The notes below the pieces were generated by a model. The model saw only the letters and a list, made by a program, of their open reading frames with translations. It was not told the origin of the DNA and did not search any database. Source: Shigella phage Sf24. Taken from it: a stretch of DNA of 64,000 nucleotides. A program made the position numbers and the translations under genes. Below, piece after piece: positions 50,180-58,637 of the stretch (the stretch's first letter is position 1; the number at the start of each line of letters is the position of its first letter). The stretch is from sequence record MF327008, one strand, 5' to 3'.

Positions 50180-51148
50180 TTATTTCAGAAGAGTAACCTC
50201 AGCGATTTCTTCCCAACCGTTTTTGTCGGTCATAATAAAGTCAGCAAGATAAAGAGCAGTACGCAGTGAAACATTGCGTAAACGATTAACATTGACTTTC
50301 ATCCATGATAATGCTTTATAAGTTTCTTCATCAGAAAGACCGCGCTTTTGCATCATGTCAGTTGAAAGAATAACATCTTCAACCCTGACCATAATTTCTT
50401 CATTAGTGTGAACACCCAAATCCAAATAAACTGAGCGGGACACTAATGCTTGTAAGTGTGGGGCAAGTTTAGTACCACGGTCTAATTCGCGGTCAATGTC
50501 AACGTTTGTGATAAAAACAATCGTTCCTTTAAATTCAAACTCACGCTCAATGCCTTTTTCTTCTAAGTAAGAAGATGCAGTGCTCCAGCAGACTTTACGG
50601 GTCTCTCCAGTGTCCAGAGCAGCTTTTAGAAGATTAAGAATGTCCATATCAGAGAAAACATCCACATCATCAATCAAAAGGACAGAATTCTCTTCACGAT
50701 TATTCCAAAGCTGTTCATAAAGACCAATACCAGAGATTTTACCATTAATGCTTTTATACTCAATGTATCCAATATCATTTGCTTTATTTAAAGCTTTATC
50801 TAAAGAATACGTTTTACCAATACCTGCTGCTCCCGAGATAATTAATGAACGAATGTTTCCGTTAATAATACCATTCGTCATCATTCCCATAACATTAAAT
50901 CTTTTATTAATGCGGGTTTTCATATCTTCATACGATTCTTTAACTTCTTCAACTTTTACACCATCATATGAAATGTCTGATTTGTAAACCCAAACACCGC
51001 GACGTTTACCGTCAATTTCAACAAAAACTTTACCATCTCCTTGTGCATCTACCGGAGCATTATCCGGGAACCATTCGCCTAAGAGCTCAAAAGTTCCAGA
51101 GATTTCTTTACCGAAGTAGATACCCTTATTGATAGTTACAGTTTTCAT
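50180..51148 (-). CDS. AAA+/P-loop ATPase
   Basis: Walker A GAAGIGKT, Walker B VLLIDDVD; start MKTVTINKG with GGAGAA RBS. Confidence 0.65.
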   Translation of the reverse strand: MKTVTINKGIYFGKEISGTFELLGEWFPDNAPVDAQGDGKVFVEIDGKRRGVWVYKSDISYDGVKVEEVKESYEDMKTRINKRFNVMGMMTNGIINGNIRSLIISGAAGIGKTYSLDKALNKANDIGYIEYKSINGKISGIGLYEQLWNNREENSVLLIDDVDVFSDMDILNLLKAALDTGETRKVCWSTASSYLEEKGIEREFEFKGTIVFITNVDIDRELDRGTKLAPHLQALVSRSVYLDLGVHTNEEIMVRVEDVILSTDMMQKRGLSDEETYKALSWMKVNVNRLRNVSLRTALYLADFIMTDKNGWEEIAEVTLLK

Positions 51149-51180
51149 TTTATTCTCCAAATCCGTATCAGTTGATAGTT

Positions 51181-51216
51181 GTATAGTACCACAAAGCTTT
51201 ATGCTTGTAAACAGTT
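51181..51216 (-). promoter_or_regulatory. T4-type early promoter in repeated cassette
   Basis: GTTTAC ... TGGTACTATAC. Confidence 0.5.
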
Positions 51217-51243
51217 TTGTGAAAAATTTTTGAAATAAAAAAA

Positions 51244-51261
51244 AGGGAGCCCGAAGGCTCC
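51244..51261 (-). terminator. intrinsic terminator
   Basis: GGGAGCC-CGAA-GGCTCCC hairpin with U-run on minus strand. Confidence 0.65.
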
Positions 51262-51264
51262 CTA

Positions 51265-52278
51265 TCATTTATAATAACTTCGGTGGTTTTCAAGATAGAC
51301 CTTCTCAAGGAAGTCATCCCAAAAACTCATGTCTACTTTTTGCTGCATACCGTTCTTAGAAGCTTCAGTAGATGCTGCTTCTACTTGATCGACCACATCT
51401 TCCAAAAACTCTTGAACCGTTTTAAATGGATGCTTACCCAACTTCACGTCGAGAATAAAGGGAGCATCTTTGAGTGGATAAATCAAGTCGCCAGTTTTGT
51501 AAATTTCCAATAGTTGAAGTCCACCACGACAAGCATGACTCAGAGCTTTCCAATCAATACCTTCATTAGCTTCGGCTTTACGAGCACGTTCACCATATTC
51601 AGCATCTAATTTGTTCAGTGACTGCTTAAGCTCAATAAGAGAAAGCGTTGTCTGATATTTACGACCCAATACAGTGTAGAACGTTTGTGGGCCTGTTTTC
51701 TTATGATTATGGAACACCCATTCACAGAATTCGTTTTCTGGAAGACGATGCTTAATATCTTCAACTTTAGTGCGACGCTGCTTAATAGAACCATCTTCTT
51801 GGTAATCAACCCATTGCTCAGGGATTTGATTAACTACTTTCAATACATCGCGTAATGCAGCCAAACGAGAACCCTTGACACCATATTTAGAAGCTTGCTT
51901 GCGAACATATCCTAAATAGGATTTCATGTTAGTCGTATAAAAACGAGAACGGTTGTCTTGAATAAACTTCCACACATCAGGCAAATCAGATTTAACCACT
52001 AGTTCAGGTGGAGTGTGAAGCATATCCAATGCTACAGTTTCACCATCTGCTGCTAATTTAAAGAAATATTTAAGACTGTATAGTTCATGGTCAATATCAT
52101 CTTTAGTGTTTTTAGATGATGTGTTATTAGTGTTTTTACTCATGTGCTCTTTGACATTTCCGATAAGAATATCACGAGCAGGAGGAACAAAAATTTCTTT
52201 AAAATCTACATCAGATTCTGGGGTAGAAGTTCCATAAAGATGACTACCAAAATAGCTTTTCATTACTGTTTTCATCAT
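51265..52278 (-). CDS. nucleotidyltransferase-fold protein
   Basis: GSHLYGTSTPESDVD matches pol-beta-type GS...DxD signature. Confidence 0.55.
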   Translation of the reverse strand: MMKTVMKSYFGSHLYGTSTPESDVDFKEIFVPPARDILIGNVKEHMSKNTNNTSSKNTKDDIDHELYSLKYFFKLAADGETVALDMLHTPPELVVKSDLPDVWKFIQDNRSRFYTTNMKSYLGYVRKQASKYGVKGSRLAALRDVLKVVNQIPEQWVDYQEDGSIKQRRTKVEDIKHRLPENEFCEWVFHNHKKTGPQTFYTVLGRKYQTTLSLIELKQSLNKLDAEYGERARKAEANEGIDWKALSHACRGGLQLLEIYKTGDLIYPLKDAPFILDVKLGKHPFKTVQEFLEDVVDQVEAASTEASKNGMQQKVDMSFWDDFLEKVYLENHRSYYK

Positions 52279-52736
52279 TCAGCCTTATATTCAATAACAG
52301 GACATACTTTAGCTTTACGAGCTTTTAAAAATTCAACGATAATCGATTTCTTGGGTTGAATAGGAGGTAAACCTTTATACGCCCTATCAATATTTTCTAT
52401 GTGTAAAGCATAATCCTTTTTCCATTTATAATCTTTATATTTTTCATGCAAATGTGCAGGAATAACAAATGAACCGATAATAAGTAAAACAACCAAAAGC
52501 GCAAGTATAAATGCTGATGGAATAAGAGTCCATAAACTACCAAAAATAAGCCATTTCTGCATGATTTCTGCGCAGATAATAGTTAGACCTGCGAGTATAG
52601 TACATCCGAAAAAAGAAACGAAAAATGTAGGAATAACAACAGACCAAAAATATGCACACAGTGTCTTAGGTCGTTTCCATTCATCATTAAACATTTTGAA
52701 TAATTTATAGTGCCAAGAGTTTTCATTAATAATCAT
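52275..52736 (-). CDS. membrane protein co-transcribed with the nucleotidyltransferase
   Basis: three predicted TM helices; stop overlaps downstream start. Confidence 0.55.
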   Translation of the reverse strand: MIINENSWHYKLFKMFNDEWKRPKTLCAYFWSVVIPTFFVSFFGCTILAGLTIICAEIMQKWLIFGSLWTLIPSAFILALLVVLLIIGSFVIPAHLHEKYKDYKWKKDYALHIENIDRAYKGLPPIQPKKSIIVEFLKARKAKVCPVIEYKAE

Positions 52737-52738
52737 AA

Positions 52739-53260
52739 TTATCCTTTCATTGAAGGTGTAACAGTTGTTAAATACTTAATCATAGCTTCAGCTTCTGATT
52801 TTGATAATGAAATTTCTCCATTGTTTTGACGAATAGAAATAAAATCCGGATGACGGTCACCACCAGCTTTTAAAATACACATATAAGTATCAGTTTCATC
52901 TTCAATATCTGAAATGATTGAAGCAGTTCCGCATGAATGTGGTTTTTGATAAATCAATGCAGCTTTTCTTCCGCCATTTGACTGTTCATAAACTTTTAAT
53001 ACATCAAACAAATCACTTCTTTTATCAATAGCTAAAATGTTATTTTCATCTTCAATGTTAAATCCTTCGGATACTTCATAAAGTGTCACCCATAAATCGC
53101 CAATATCAATAACAGCGTTCACTTTTCCATGACTTTCAAGAGCATGACAAATTTTCTTGATTTCGTCATAACTCATTTTAATAATATCATCTCCTTGACT
53201 AAGGAAGATGTCATTTTTAAATTCAACACGAATTAAACCGCTTCCACTTGAAATAAACAT
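52739..53260 (-). CDS. hypothetical protein, paralog pair member
   Basis: C-terminal ISLSKSEAEAMIKYLTTVTPSM resembles next ORF. Confidence 0.55.
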   Translation of the reverse strand: MFISSGSGLIRVEFKNDIFLSQGDDIIKMSYDEIKKICHALESHGKVNAVIDIGDLWVTLYEVSEGFNIEDENNILAIDKRSDLFDVLKVYEQSNGGRKAALIYQKPHSCGTASIISDIEDETDTYMCILKAGGDRHPDFISIRQNNGEISLSKSEAEAMIKYLTTVTPSMKG

Positions 53261-53266
53261 ATTTCC

Positions 53267-53812
53267 TCACTTTGAAATCATAGTTGGAATAACAGAATCA
53301 AGATAAATCTTTAGCGCAATAGCTTCGTCTTTGTTTAATGTAATGATATGTGATCGAAAATCGTCAATTTGACGAATAGATACTACATCTCCCTCTTCAT
53401 AGCATTTTGAAACATTTAAAATAGTTTCATCATTCTGATTACAGGAGTTAGTAATAATAGCATTACATTTTTTAAACCATTTTAAACTATGTTTTCTTTC
53501 ATTAGAATAATAAAAATATTTAATCTTATCTATAAAACTATCCCAATGGATAACTGATAAGCATATTGACTCGCTTTCAATATTAAATCCTGGGCATGAA
53601 GAATAAAAATGAATTTTATGCTCATCATTAATGCTTACAATTTTATCAGTATAAGGATTTTCAATTTTGGTTAAATGAATGATTTCACTAGGCGTAAAAT
53701 ACAGCATATCGTCTTCTTGTGTCAAACGATACATATTATTTACTTTTTCTATAGCCAATTCACCAAAAAGTGAACTAACTTCTAATACTAATCGTTTCGC
53801 CGCTACCGTCAT
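53267..53812 (-). CDS. hypothetical protein, paralog pair member
   Basis: C-terminal ITLNKDEAIALKIYLDSVIPTM. Confidence 0.55.
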   Translation of the reverse strand: MTVAAKRLVLEVSSLFGELAIEKVNNMYRLTQEDDMLYFTPSEIIHLTKIENPYTDKIVSINDEHKIHFYSSCPGFNIESESICLSVIHWDSFIDKIKYFYYSNERKHSLKWFKKCNAIITNSCNQNDETILNVSKCYEEGDVVSIRQIDDFRSHIITLNKDEAIALKIYLDSVIPTMISK

Positions 53813-53940
53813 TACATACTCCTCTGAATCATATCAATAATGGTGTTCACCAGATTATAAGTAAACATTGGGTAATTATATTGAATCACCACATACACAA
53901 CAAACAAAACTTTCATTCTCTTCTCCTTGGCAGTTGACAA

Positions 53941-53976
53941 GATTACTATACCATAACCTTGCCAACTTGTAAACCA
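53941..53976 (-). promoter_or_regulatory. T4-type early promoter
   Basis: GTTTAC ... TGGTATAGTAAT with flanking imperfect inverted repeat. Confidence 0.45.
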
Positions 53977-54150
53977 TTAAATGACGTTTTCAATAAAATT
54001 CTGAAGCTTTGTGTGAGCATCAACCATGATTTTCATTTCTTCTTTTGCGAAAGCTGTACCTCTTTCCCGAGCAGAATACTCATAGTCAGAAACTGCATTA
54101 GCATATTCTTCAATTAGCTTCATTAAAAACATCTGCTTTTCAGTTTTCAT
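53977..54150 (-). CDS. small acidic helical protein (~57 aa), paralog family
   Basis: MKTEKQMFLMKLIEEYANAV; GGTGG RBS; coordinates approximate. Confidence 0.4.
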   Translation of the reverse strand: MKTEKQMFLMKLIEEYANAVSDYEYSARERGTAFAKEEMKIMVDAHTKLQNFIENVI

Positions 54151-54334
54151 TATTCCACCTAATCATTTCAAGATATTGAACTAACTTAGCTTTGGATTTA
54201 TCCAAATCTCTTTTAGCTGCTTCTATACCGTCGTATGAATATCCTTCACAATGCTCAACTGCTAATTGATATGAATCTATTTCAATATCACGTGCTAATT
54301 TAATGATTTTTTCAAACTGTTCACGTGTTAGCAT
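54140..54334 (-). CDS. small acidic helical protein, paralog family
   Basis: MLTREQFEKIIKLARDIE. Confidence 0.5.
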   Translation of the reverse strand: MLTREQFEKIIKLARDIEIDSYQLAVEHCEGYSYDGIEAAKRDLDKSKAKLVQYLEMIRWNNEN

Positions 54335-54336
54335 AA

Positions 54337-54540
54337 TTAAACTCTCGTATTATGATCGATAATTTCATCAAGAAACATATCTAACGCTTCTAAAGCATTA
54401 TCAACTTTAGCTTCAAGTTCTTCAATACTTTTATTTGCAATGCCTGACGAAAACCAAGCAAAGTCACTAAGTTCCTCATCTGCTTTACGAATTAAAGCTA
54501 CCAATTCCTTAATTTTATCCGCTTGTTCGATACTAATCAT
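54337..54540 (-). CDS. small acidic helical protein, paralog family
   Basis: [24 protein letters not shown]. Confidence 0.5.
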   Translation of the reverse strand: MISIEQADKIKELVALIRKADEELSDFAWFSSGIANKSIEELEAKVDNALEALDMFLDEIIDHNTRV

Positions 54541-54728
54541 TATTCCACCACATATGAAAGAGAGAATATTGCACACGCCATGTGAGTTGCAACTTCATCA
54601 CACATATTATAACGTTTCTTAAGAAATTCTACAAGTTCTTCACTAGTAACTTCATCCATGTCGACGAAAAAATCACCATTAATGATGACGTAGATATTTC
54701 CTTCTTGATTGAGTGCTTCAATTTTCAT
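54540..54728 (-). CDS. hypothetical small protein
   Basis: start MKIEALNQ with GAGGAG RBS after promoter cassette. Confidence 0.5.
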   Translation of the reverse strand: MKIEALNQEGNIYVIINGDFFVDMDEVTSEELVEFLKKRYNMCDEVATHMACAIFSLSYVVE

Positions 54729-54754
54729 GATGTTCTCCTCTTTATCCGATAGTT

Positions 54755-54787
54755 GTATAGTACCACAGCTCAAACGGAAAGTAAACC
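54755..54787 (-). promoter_or_regulatory. T4-type early promoter in repeated cassette
   Basis: GTTTAC ... TGGTACTATAC. Confidence 0.5.
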
Positions 54788-54802
54788 GGTAAAATGAAAA
54801 AA

Positions 54803-54818
54803 GTCTCCCGAAGGAGAC
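54803..54818 (-). terminator. intrinsic terminator
   Basis: GTCTCC-CGAA-GGAGAC hairpin followed by U-run on minus strand. Confidence 0.65.
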
Positions 54819-54823
54819 TAATG

Positions 54824-55210
54824 TTATTCGAGGGAAAGAAGATATTTACTCTGGTAAAACATTCCAGTAATATCATCTATCGTGCTTTGAATGGCTGGAG
54901 GCATTTCTTTATAAATGCTGTTAGATTGGTCTAGTATACGATCAATCATTTTAATTGTGTCGGTAGGAAGTTTACTAGCATCTGGAGTTGAAGGTGTGTA
55001 TTTTCTACCAGAATACCCCAAATATTGCTCACCAAATTTATCAATCAAATCTGGCAACTCGGAGAAAATAAAATCGTATGCTTTGTGTCTAGCATAACTT
55101 TTAGTTTCAAAATGTGCAGAATGAAAATAAGCTTGTGCAGCCATTAATAAACCTAAGTATTCATCTGCCTTTGAAGGTTTTCCACTTTGTGAAAAGTCGC
55201 TGAATTTCAT
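54824..55210 (-). CDS. hypothetical protein (rI.-1-position)
   Basis: 128-aa ORF adjacent to rI. Confidence 0.55.
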   Translation of the reverse strand: MKFSDFSQSGKPSKADEYLGLLMAAQAYFHSAHFETKSYARHKAYDFIFSELPDLIDKFGEQYLGYSGRKYTPSTPDASKLPTDTIKMIDRILDQSNSIYKEMPPAIQSTIDDITGMFYQSKYLLSLE

Positions 55211-55500
55211 TCAGTCTCCAATTTAATGTTCATAATTCTAGCGTATGATTGTGCCATCTCCGCGCCTCGTTCTATACATTCAAAATCAGAAGAGCACGGG
55301 TCATTTTTATAGGTCGTTCTCATAAAACTATAGAATTGTTCAGACGATTCTACGCTTTTATTTTCAAAAAGCATATAAACGTGCCTAATACCAGATTCCA
55401 TAAATTTATCAAAATGAGGATCGACATTCGCTTCAATCGATGGAGATAAAACAAATGACAATCCTAGCATGGCAAAAAGTGCCGTTGCTTTTAAGGCCAT
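55207..55500 (-). CDS. rI: lysis inhibition regulator RI
   Basis: 97 aa MALKATALFAMLGLSFVLSPSIEA signal-anchor, T4 RI-like. Confidence 0.88.
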   Translation of the reverse strand: MALKATALFAMLGLSFVLSPSIEANVDPHFDKFMESGIRHVYMLFENKSVESSEQFYSFMRTTYKNDPCSSDFECIERGAEMAQSYARIMNIKLETE

Positions 55501-55512
55501 AAAGGCCTCCTA

Positions 55513-55725
55513 TCATTTTTGTCCTGTATTTACTTTATGCCGATGCACGGCCTTAACTTTATCAAGGTATTTTTCAAAATTTCGCAATCTAGTATAGTCT
55601 GCCGGAGATTGGTTGAGTGATACTTCTCGACGCAAAGCTGAAATGATATTTCCAACTTCCCTACGAATTTCATCTAATTGAAGAACAGTAAGATTGCGAA
55701 GTTGCTTTTCAGTTAATTGTAGCAT
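55513..55725 (-). CDS. hypothetical small protein (rI.1-position)
   Basis: 70-aa ORF. Confidence 0.5.
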
Positions 55726-55767
55726 ATATACCCCTTTAGTTAGATAAACCTATTTATAACTTTTGCA

Positions 55768-56349
55768 CTAACCGAGCTTTTTAGTTAATTCATTCCAATG
55801 TTTTCTACACAAAGAAACATAAATTTCATCACCAATACAGATTTGATTACCTTCTTTAACTGGTGTTCCATCTTCCATTAATCGAGCTGTCATAATCGCT
55901 TTTTTACCACAATGACAAACTGCCTTTAGTTCAATAAGTTTATCTGCAATCGCTAAAAGTTCTTTAGAACCTTCAAACAATTTTCCAGCGAAATCAGTCC
56001 TTAATCCATAAGCCATAACAGGAACATTATATGTATCAACAATTCGGCTCAATTGATGTACTTGTTCAGTTTTTAAAAATTGGGCTTCATCTACAAATAC
56101 GCAATGAATATCTTTTTGTGCTTCAGCCCATTTATAGAACTCGAAAATATCCATATCATCTGTAATAATATTCGCTTCCTGTTTAATTCCAATGCGAGAA
56201 ACAACTTCACAGACAGAATCGCGAGTATCAATAGCAGGCTTAAGAACTAATACACTCATTCCGCGTTCTTTATAATTATGTGCAGCAGTTAAAAGAGAAG
56301 CAGATTTTCCAGCATTCATTGCTGCATAAGTAAAAATTAAACTCGCCAT
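55768..56349 (-). CDS. tk: thymidine kinase
   Basis: 193 aa; P-loop MNAGKSASLL; T4 Tk-like. Confidence 0.92.
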   Translation of the reverse strand: MASLIFTYAAMNAGKSASLLTAAHNYKERGMSVLVLKPAIDTRDSVCEVVSRIGIKQEANIITDDMDIFEFYKWAEAQKDIHCVFVDEAQFLKTEQVHQLSRIVDTYNVPVMAYGLRTDFAGKLFEGSKELLAIADKLIELKAVCHCGKKAIMTARLMEDGTPVKEGNQICIGDEIYVSLCRKHWNELTKKLG

Positions 56350-56350
56350 T

Positions 56351-56539
56351 TTAGTCCTTAGTTAAATTTTCTAAATATGTTTCTAAATCATTTTCAGCTT
56401 TATCGATAGATTTTACTAATTCGTAATATGTTTCGGCATCTCCATAATCAGAAGATAATTCAAAAGACAAATCCTTTTCTAAACTAATAATTTCACCAAC
56501 TAAAAATAATATTTCGTTCTTTTGTTCACGAGTAATCAT
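56351..56539 (-). CDS. small acidic helical protein, paralog family
   Basis: MITREQKNEILFLVGEIISLEKDL. Confidence 0.5.
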   Translation of the reverse strand: MITREQKNEILFLVGEIISLEKDLSFELSSDYGDAETYYELVKSIDKAENDLETYLENLTKD

Positions 56540-56721
56540 AAAGAATTTATATAATCAATGAGTTCTTGTTCTTTATTATCGAATTCTTTAGAAAGTTCTT
56601 CGTATTCATTTGCATTAAAAGGACCGCATTCATCACAAACTTTTTCCAATTCACTGTTTTTATCCATAACTTCGTGGATAAGAGAAAAGAGTTTGTCTTT
56701 TTGTTCTTTGCTTAAACTCAT
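56536..56721 (-). CDS. small acidic helical protein, paralog family
   Basis: MSLSKEQKDKLFSLIHEVMDKNSEL. Confidence 0.5.
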   Translation of the reverse strand: MSLSKEQKDKLFSLIHEVMDKNSELEKVCDECGPFNANEYEELSKEFDNKEQELIDYINSL

Positions 56722-56887
56722 ATATTAATTTCCAAAAGTTTTAAAATAATTCGCTTTTGCTTAAATATTTCCACAGTTAAATGATCAGTATCTTTTTGAC
56801 CAATTCCAATGGCAAAACCTTTATTAACAGCGAGTTCAATTAAATTATCAAGTTCACGTAACACTTCATATTGTAACTCAGAACTAT

Positions 56888-57094
56888 TCATTTCGGTTTA
56901 CCTTCTTTAACGAAATCTGGATAAGGATAAAATCCCGAATAAAATCCTTCACCTTTATGATTGATGCATCCTTTATTAGAACAATAGCACCAATAATCGA
57001 AATCACAAGCCATTTCATCGTTGCATAAAGCAAAAACAACCGGCCATTTACACTTTTCACAGTGGGCATTTTTAAGAATACTAGTTTGGCTCAT
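56888..57094 (-). CDS. Cys-rich small protein
   Basis: CEKCKW...CYCSNKGC pattern. Confidence 0.45.
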   Translation of the reverse strand: MSQTSILKNAHCEKCKWPVVFALCNDEMACDFDYWCYCSNKGCINHKGEGFYSGFYPYPDFVKEGKPK

Positions 57095-57303
57095 AACCAT
57101 GTAACCTTTAAGCAATATTCTTCTACATGTTGTTTACGACCTTTCTTATCAATAAAGGTATATTCAACGAATGTCCCAATGTAGTCTTTATCTACATCAT
57201 GTGGACTATTAATTGGACATTTAGTACGGCAAATGCGTTCCCATTGACGAATAATTACTGCTTTGTTTTTAGGATCAAACGGATGTGGGTAATGCACTTT
57301 CAT
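57091..57303 (-). CDS. hypothetical small protein
   Basis: 70-aa ORF. Confidence 0.45.
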   Translation of the reverse strand: MKVHYPHPFDPKNKAVIIRQWERICRTKCPINSPHDVDKDYIGTFVEYTFIDKKGRKQHVEEYCLKVTWL

Positions 57304-57754
57304 AATCCACCACTATTAAATCAATATCAGGAGTAAACATGTCGATTAATTTAGAAACCTTATCCCAATCGCCGCCAGCAATACCACAACCTATGCGTGG
57401 AATGTAAATTACCGGTTTAAACAAAAGGGTTTCTGCCTGTAGATTTAATTCTATCATGCAGTTTACTAAAGCACCATAATCAAGATTAGGACCTGGTTCG
57501 TATTGCGTATACAGGTTATAGCATATACCAAATCCCGTAGGACTATGTTTAAAAACAATAGACATATCGCCTAATTTATCGCGAGAACCGTACTCAGTAG
57601 TGGTTTTATCTATTTCTAAAATTTTGGGATAGGCTCTGGCTAATTGACCCGCTACACCTGAACCCATAGTATGAAAACAATTGCACCCGTGCGCAATAAT
57701 ATTACCTTGAAGAAATAGGGCGACAATATCGCCCTTGATATATTTTACAATCAT
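57275..57754 (-). CDS. macro-domain protein (ADP-ribose binding/hydrolase fold)
   Basis: GDIVALFLQGNIIAHGCNC...MGSGVAGQLARAYP and IGCGIAGGDW resemble the macro-domain glycine-rich loops. Confidence 0.6.
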   Translation of the reverse strand: MIVKYIKGDIVALFLQGNIIAHGCNCFHTMGSGVAGQLARAYPKILEIDKTTTEYGSRDKLGDMSIVFKHSPTGFGICYNLYTQYEPGPNLDYGALVNCMIELNLQAETLLFKPVIYIPRIGCGIAGGDWDKVSKLIDMFTPDIDLIVVDYESALPTSV

Positions 57755-58092
57755 CTAGTACTCAATCCTCGATTATAAGAATCTACCAAACGGTCAACCA
57801 TTGAATGACAAGCGGCTTTATCTTTCTCCTCCGCAACTGAACATTCTAAGGTATTCCACTTTTTAGCATATCGTTTTAACAATGTATCATTTTTGTATCT
57901 GCTTGATTTATCTCTTTCTCCGTCTTTATATGCATATATTAATTTCTGCGCAAATTCAGCTTGGCATGCTTTATTTTTCCCGCAATAATCCGCTGCAGTA
58001 CGGTTTACATACTCTCTAATTTCAGTATATGATGTATCTGCTAACGCAGAAAATGAAATTAATCCTATACATAAAACCAAAATTTTAGTCAT
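57751..58092 (-). CDS. secreted Cys-containing protein
   Basis: signal peptide MTKILVLCIGLISFSALA. Confidence 0.5.
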   Translation of the reverse strand: MTKILVLCIGLISFSALADTSYTEIREYVNRTAADYCGKNKACQAEFAQKLIYAYKDGERDKSSRYKNDTLLKRYAKKWNTLECSVAEEKDKAACHSMVDRLVDSYNRGLSTR

Positions 58093-58630
58093 TTACTATT
58101 TCCAAAAGTTTATTATTTTTAAGGTAATTAGCCTTTTCTAGGACTTCAGAAGCATATTTAGAACCTGCTTTAACATTCCATCCCGAATTATAAGAGGATA
58201 TTGCTTTTCTTATATCGCCCTTATGTATATTTAACCAATAAGAAAGTTCAATGTACGCCCAGGAAGCTGAATTGGACCGTTTATTCAACATTCTTTTTAT
58301 TTCAGCATCGGTCATATTATAACCAAGTTCCTTAACTCTTGCTCGCATAGTAGGCAAATAATTTTGGAACATTCCGTAGGCGTGATGCTTTGGTTTAGAT
58401 TTTAAATTAACTCCGCCAGAGCTTTCTTGCCATAAAATAGCAGCCATTATATGACCTAATCCGCTCTTGTGGATATTTTTGTGTGTTTTATATTTTCCAT
58501 CCTTAGAAAATTGTTCCCCGAATTGATACGCGTAACGCATGTTATCGAGTTGGACATTACTGAAAGTATGCTCGGAGCTATGTGCCATCATTGAAATGGC
58601 CAATAGACCAGCGAGTAGTGCTTTTCTCAT
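58085..58630 (-). CDS. periplasmic lytic transglycosylase (SLT domain)
   Basis: signal peptide; motifs ILWQESSGG, AYGMFQ, SYNSG. Confidence 0.65.
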   Translation of the reverse strand: MRKALLAGLLAISMMAHSSEHTFSNVQLDNMRYAYQFGEQFSKDGKYKTHKNIHKSGLGHIMAAILWQESSGGVNLKSKPKHHAYGMFQNYLPTMRARVKELGYNMTDAEIKRMLNKRSNSASWAYIELSYWLNIHKGDIRKAISSYNSGWNVKAGSKYASEVLEKANYLKNNKLLEIVND

Positions 58631-58637
58631 GCTTACC

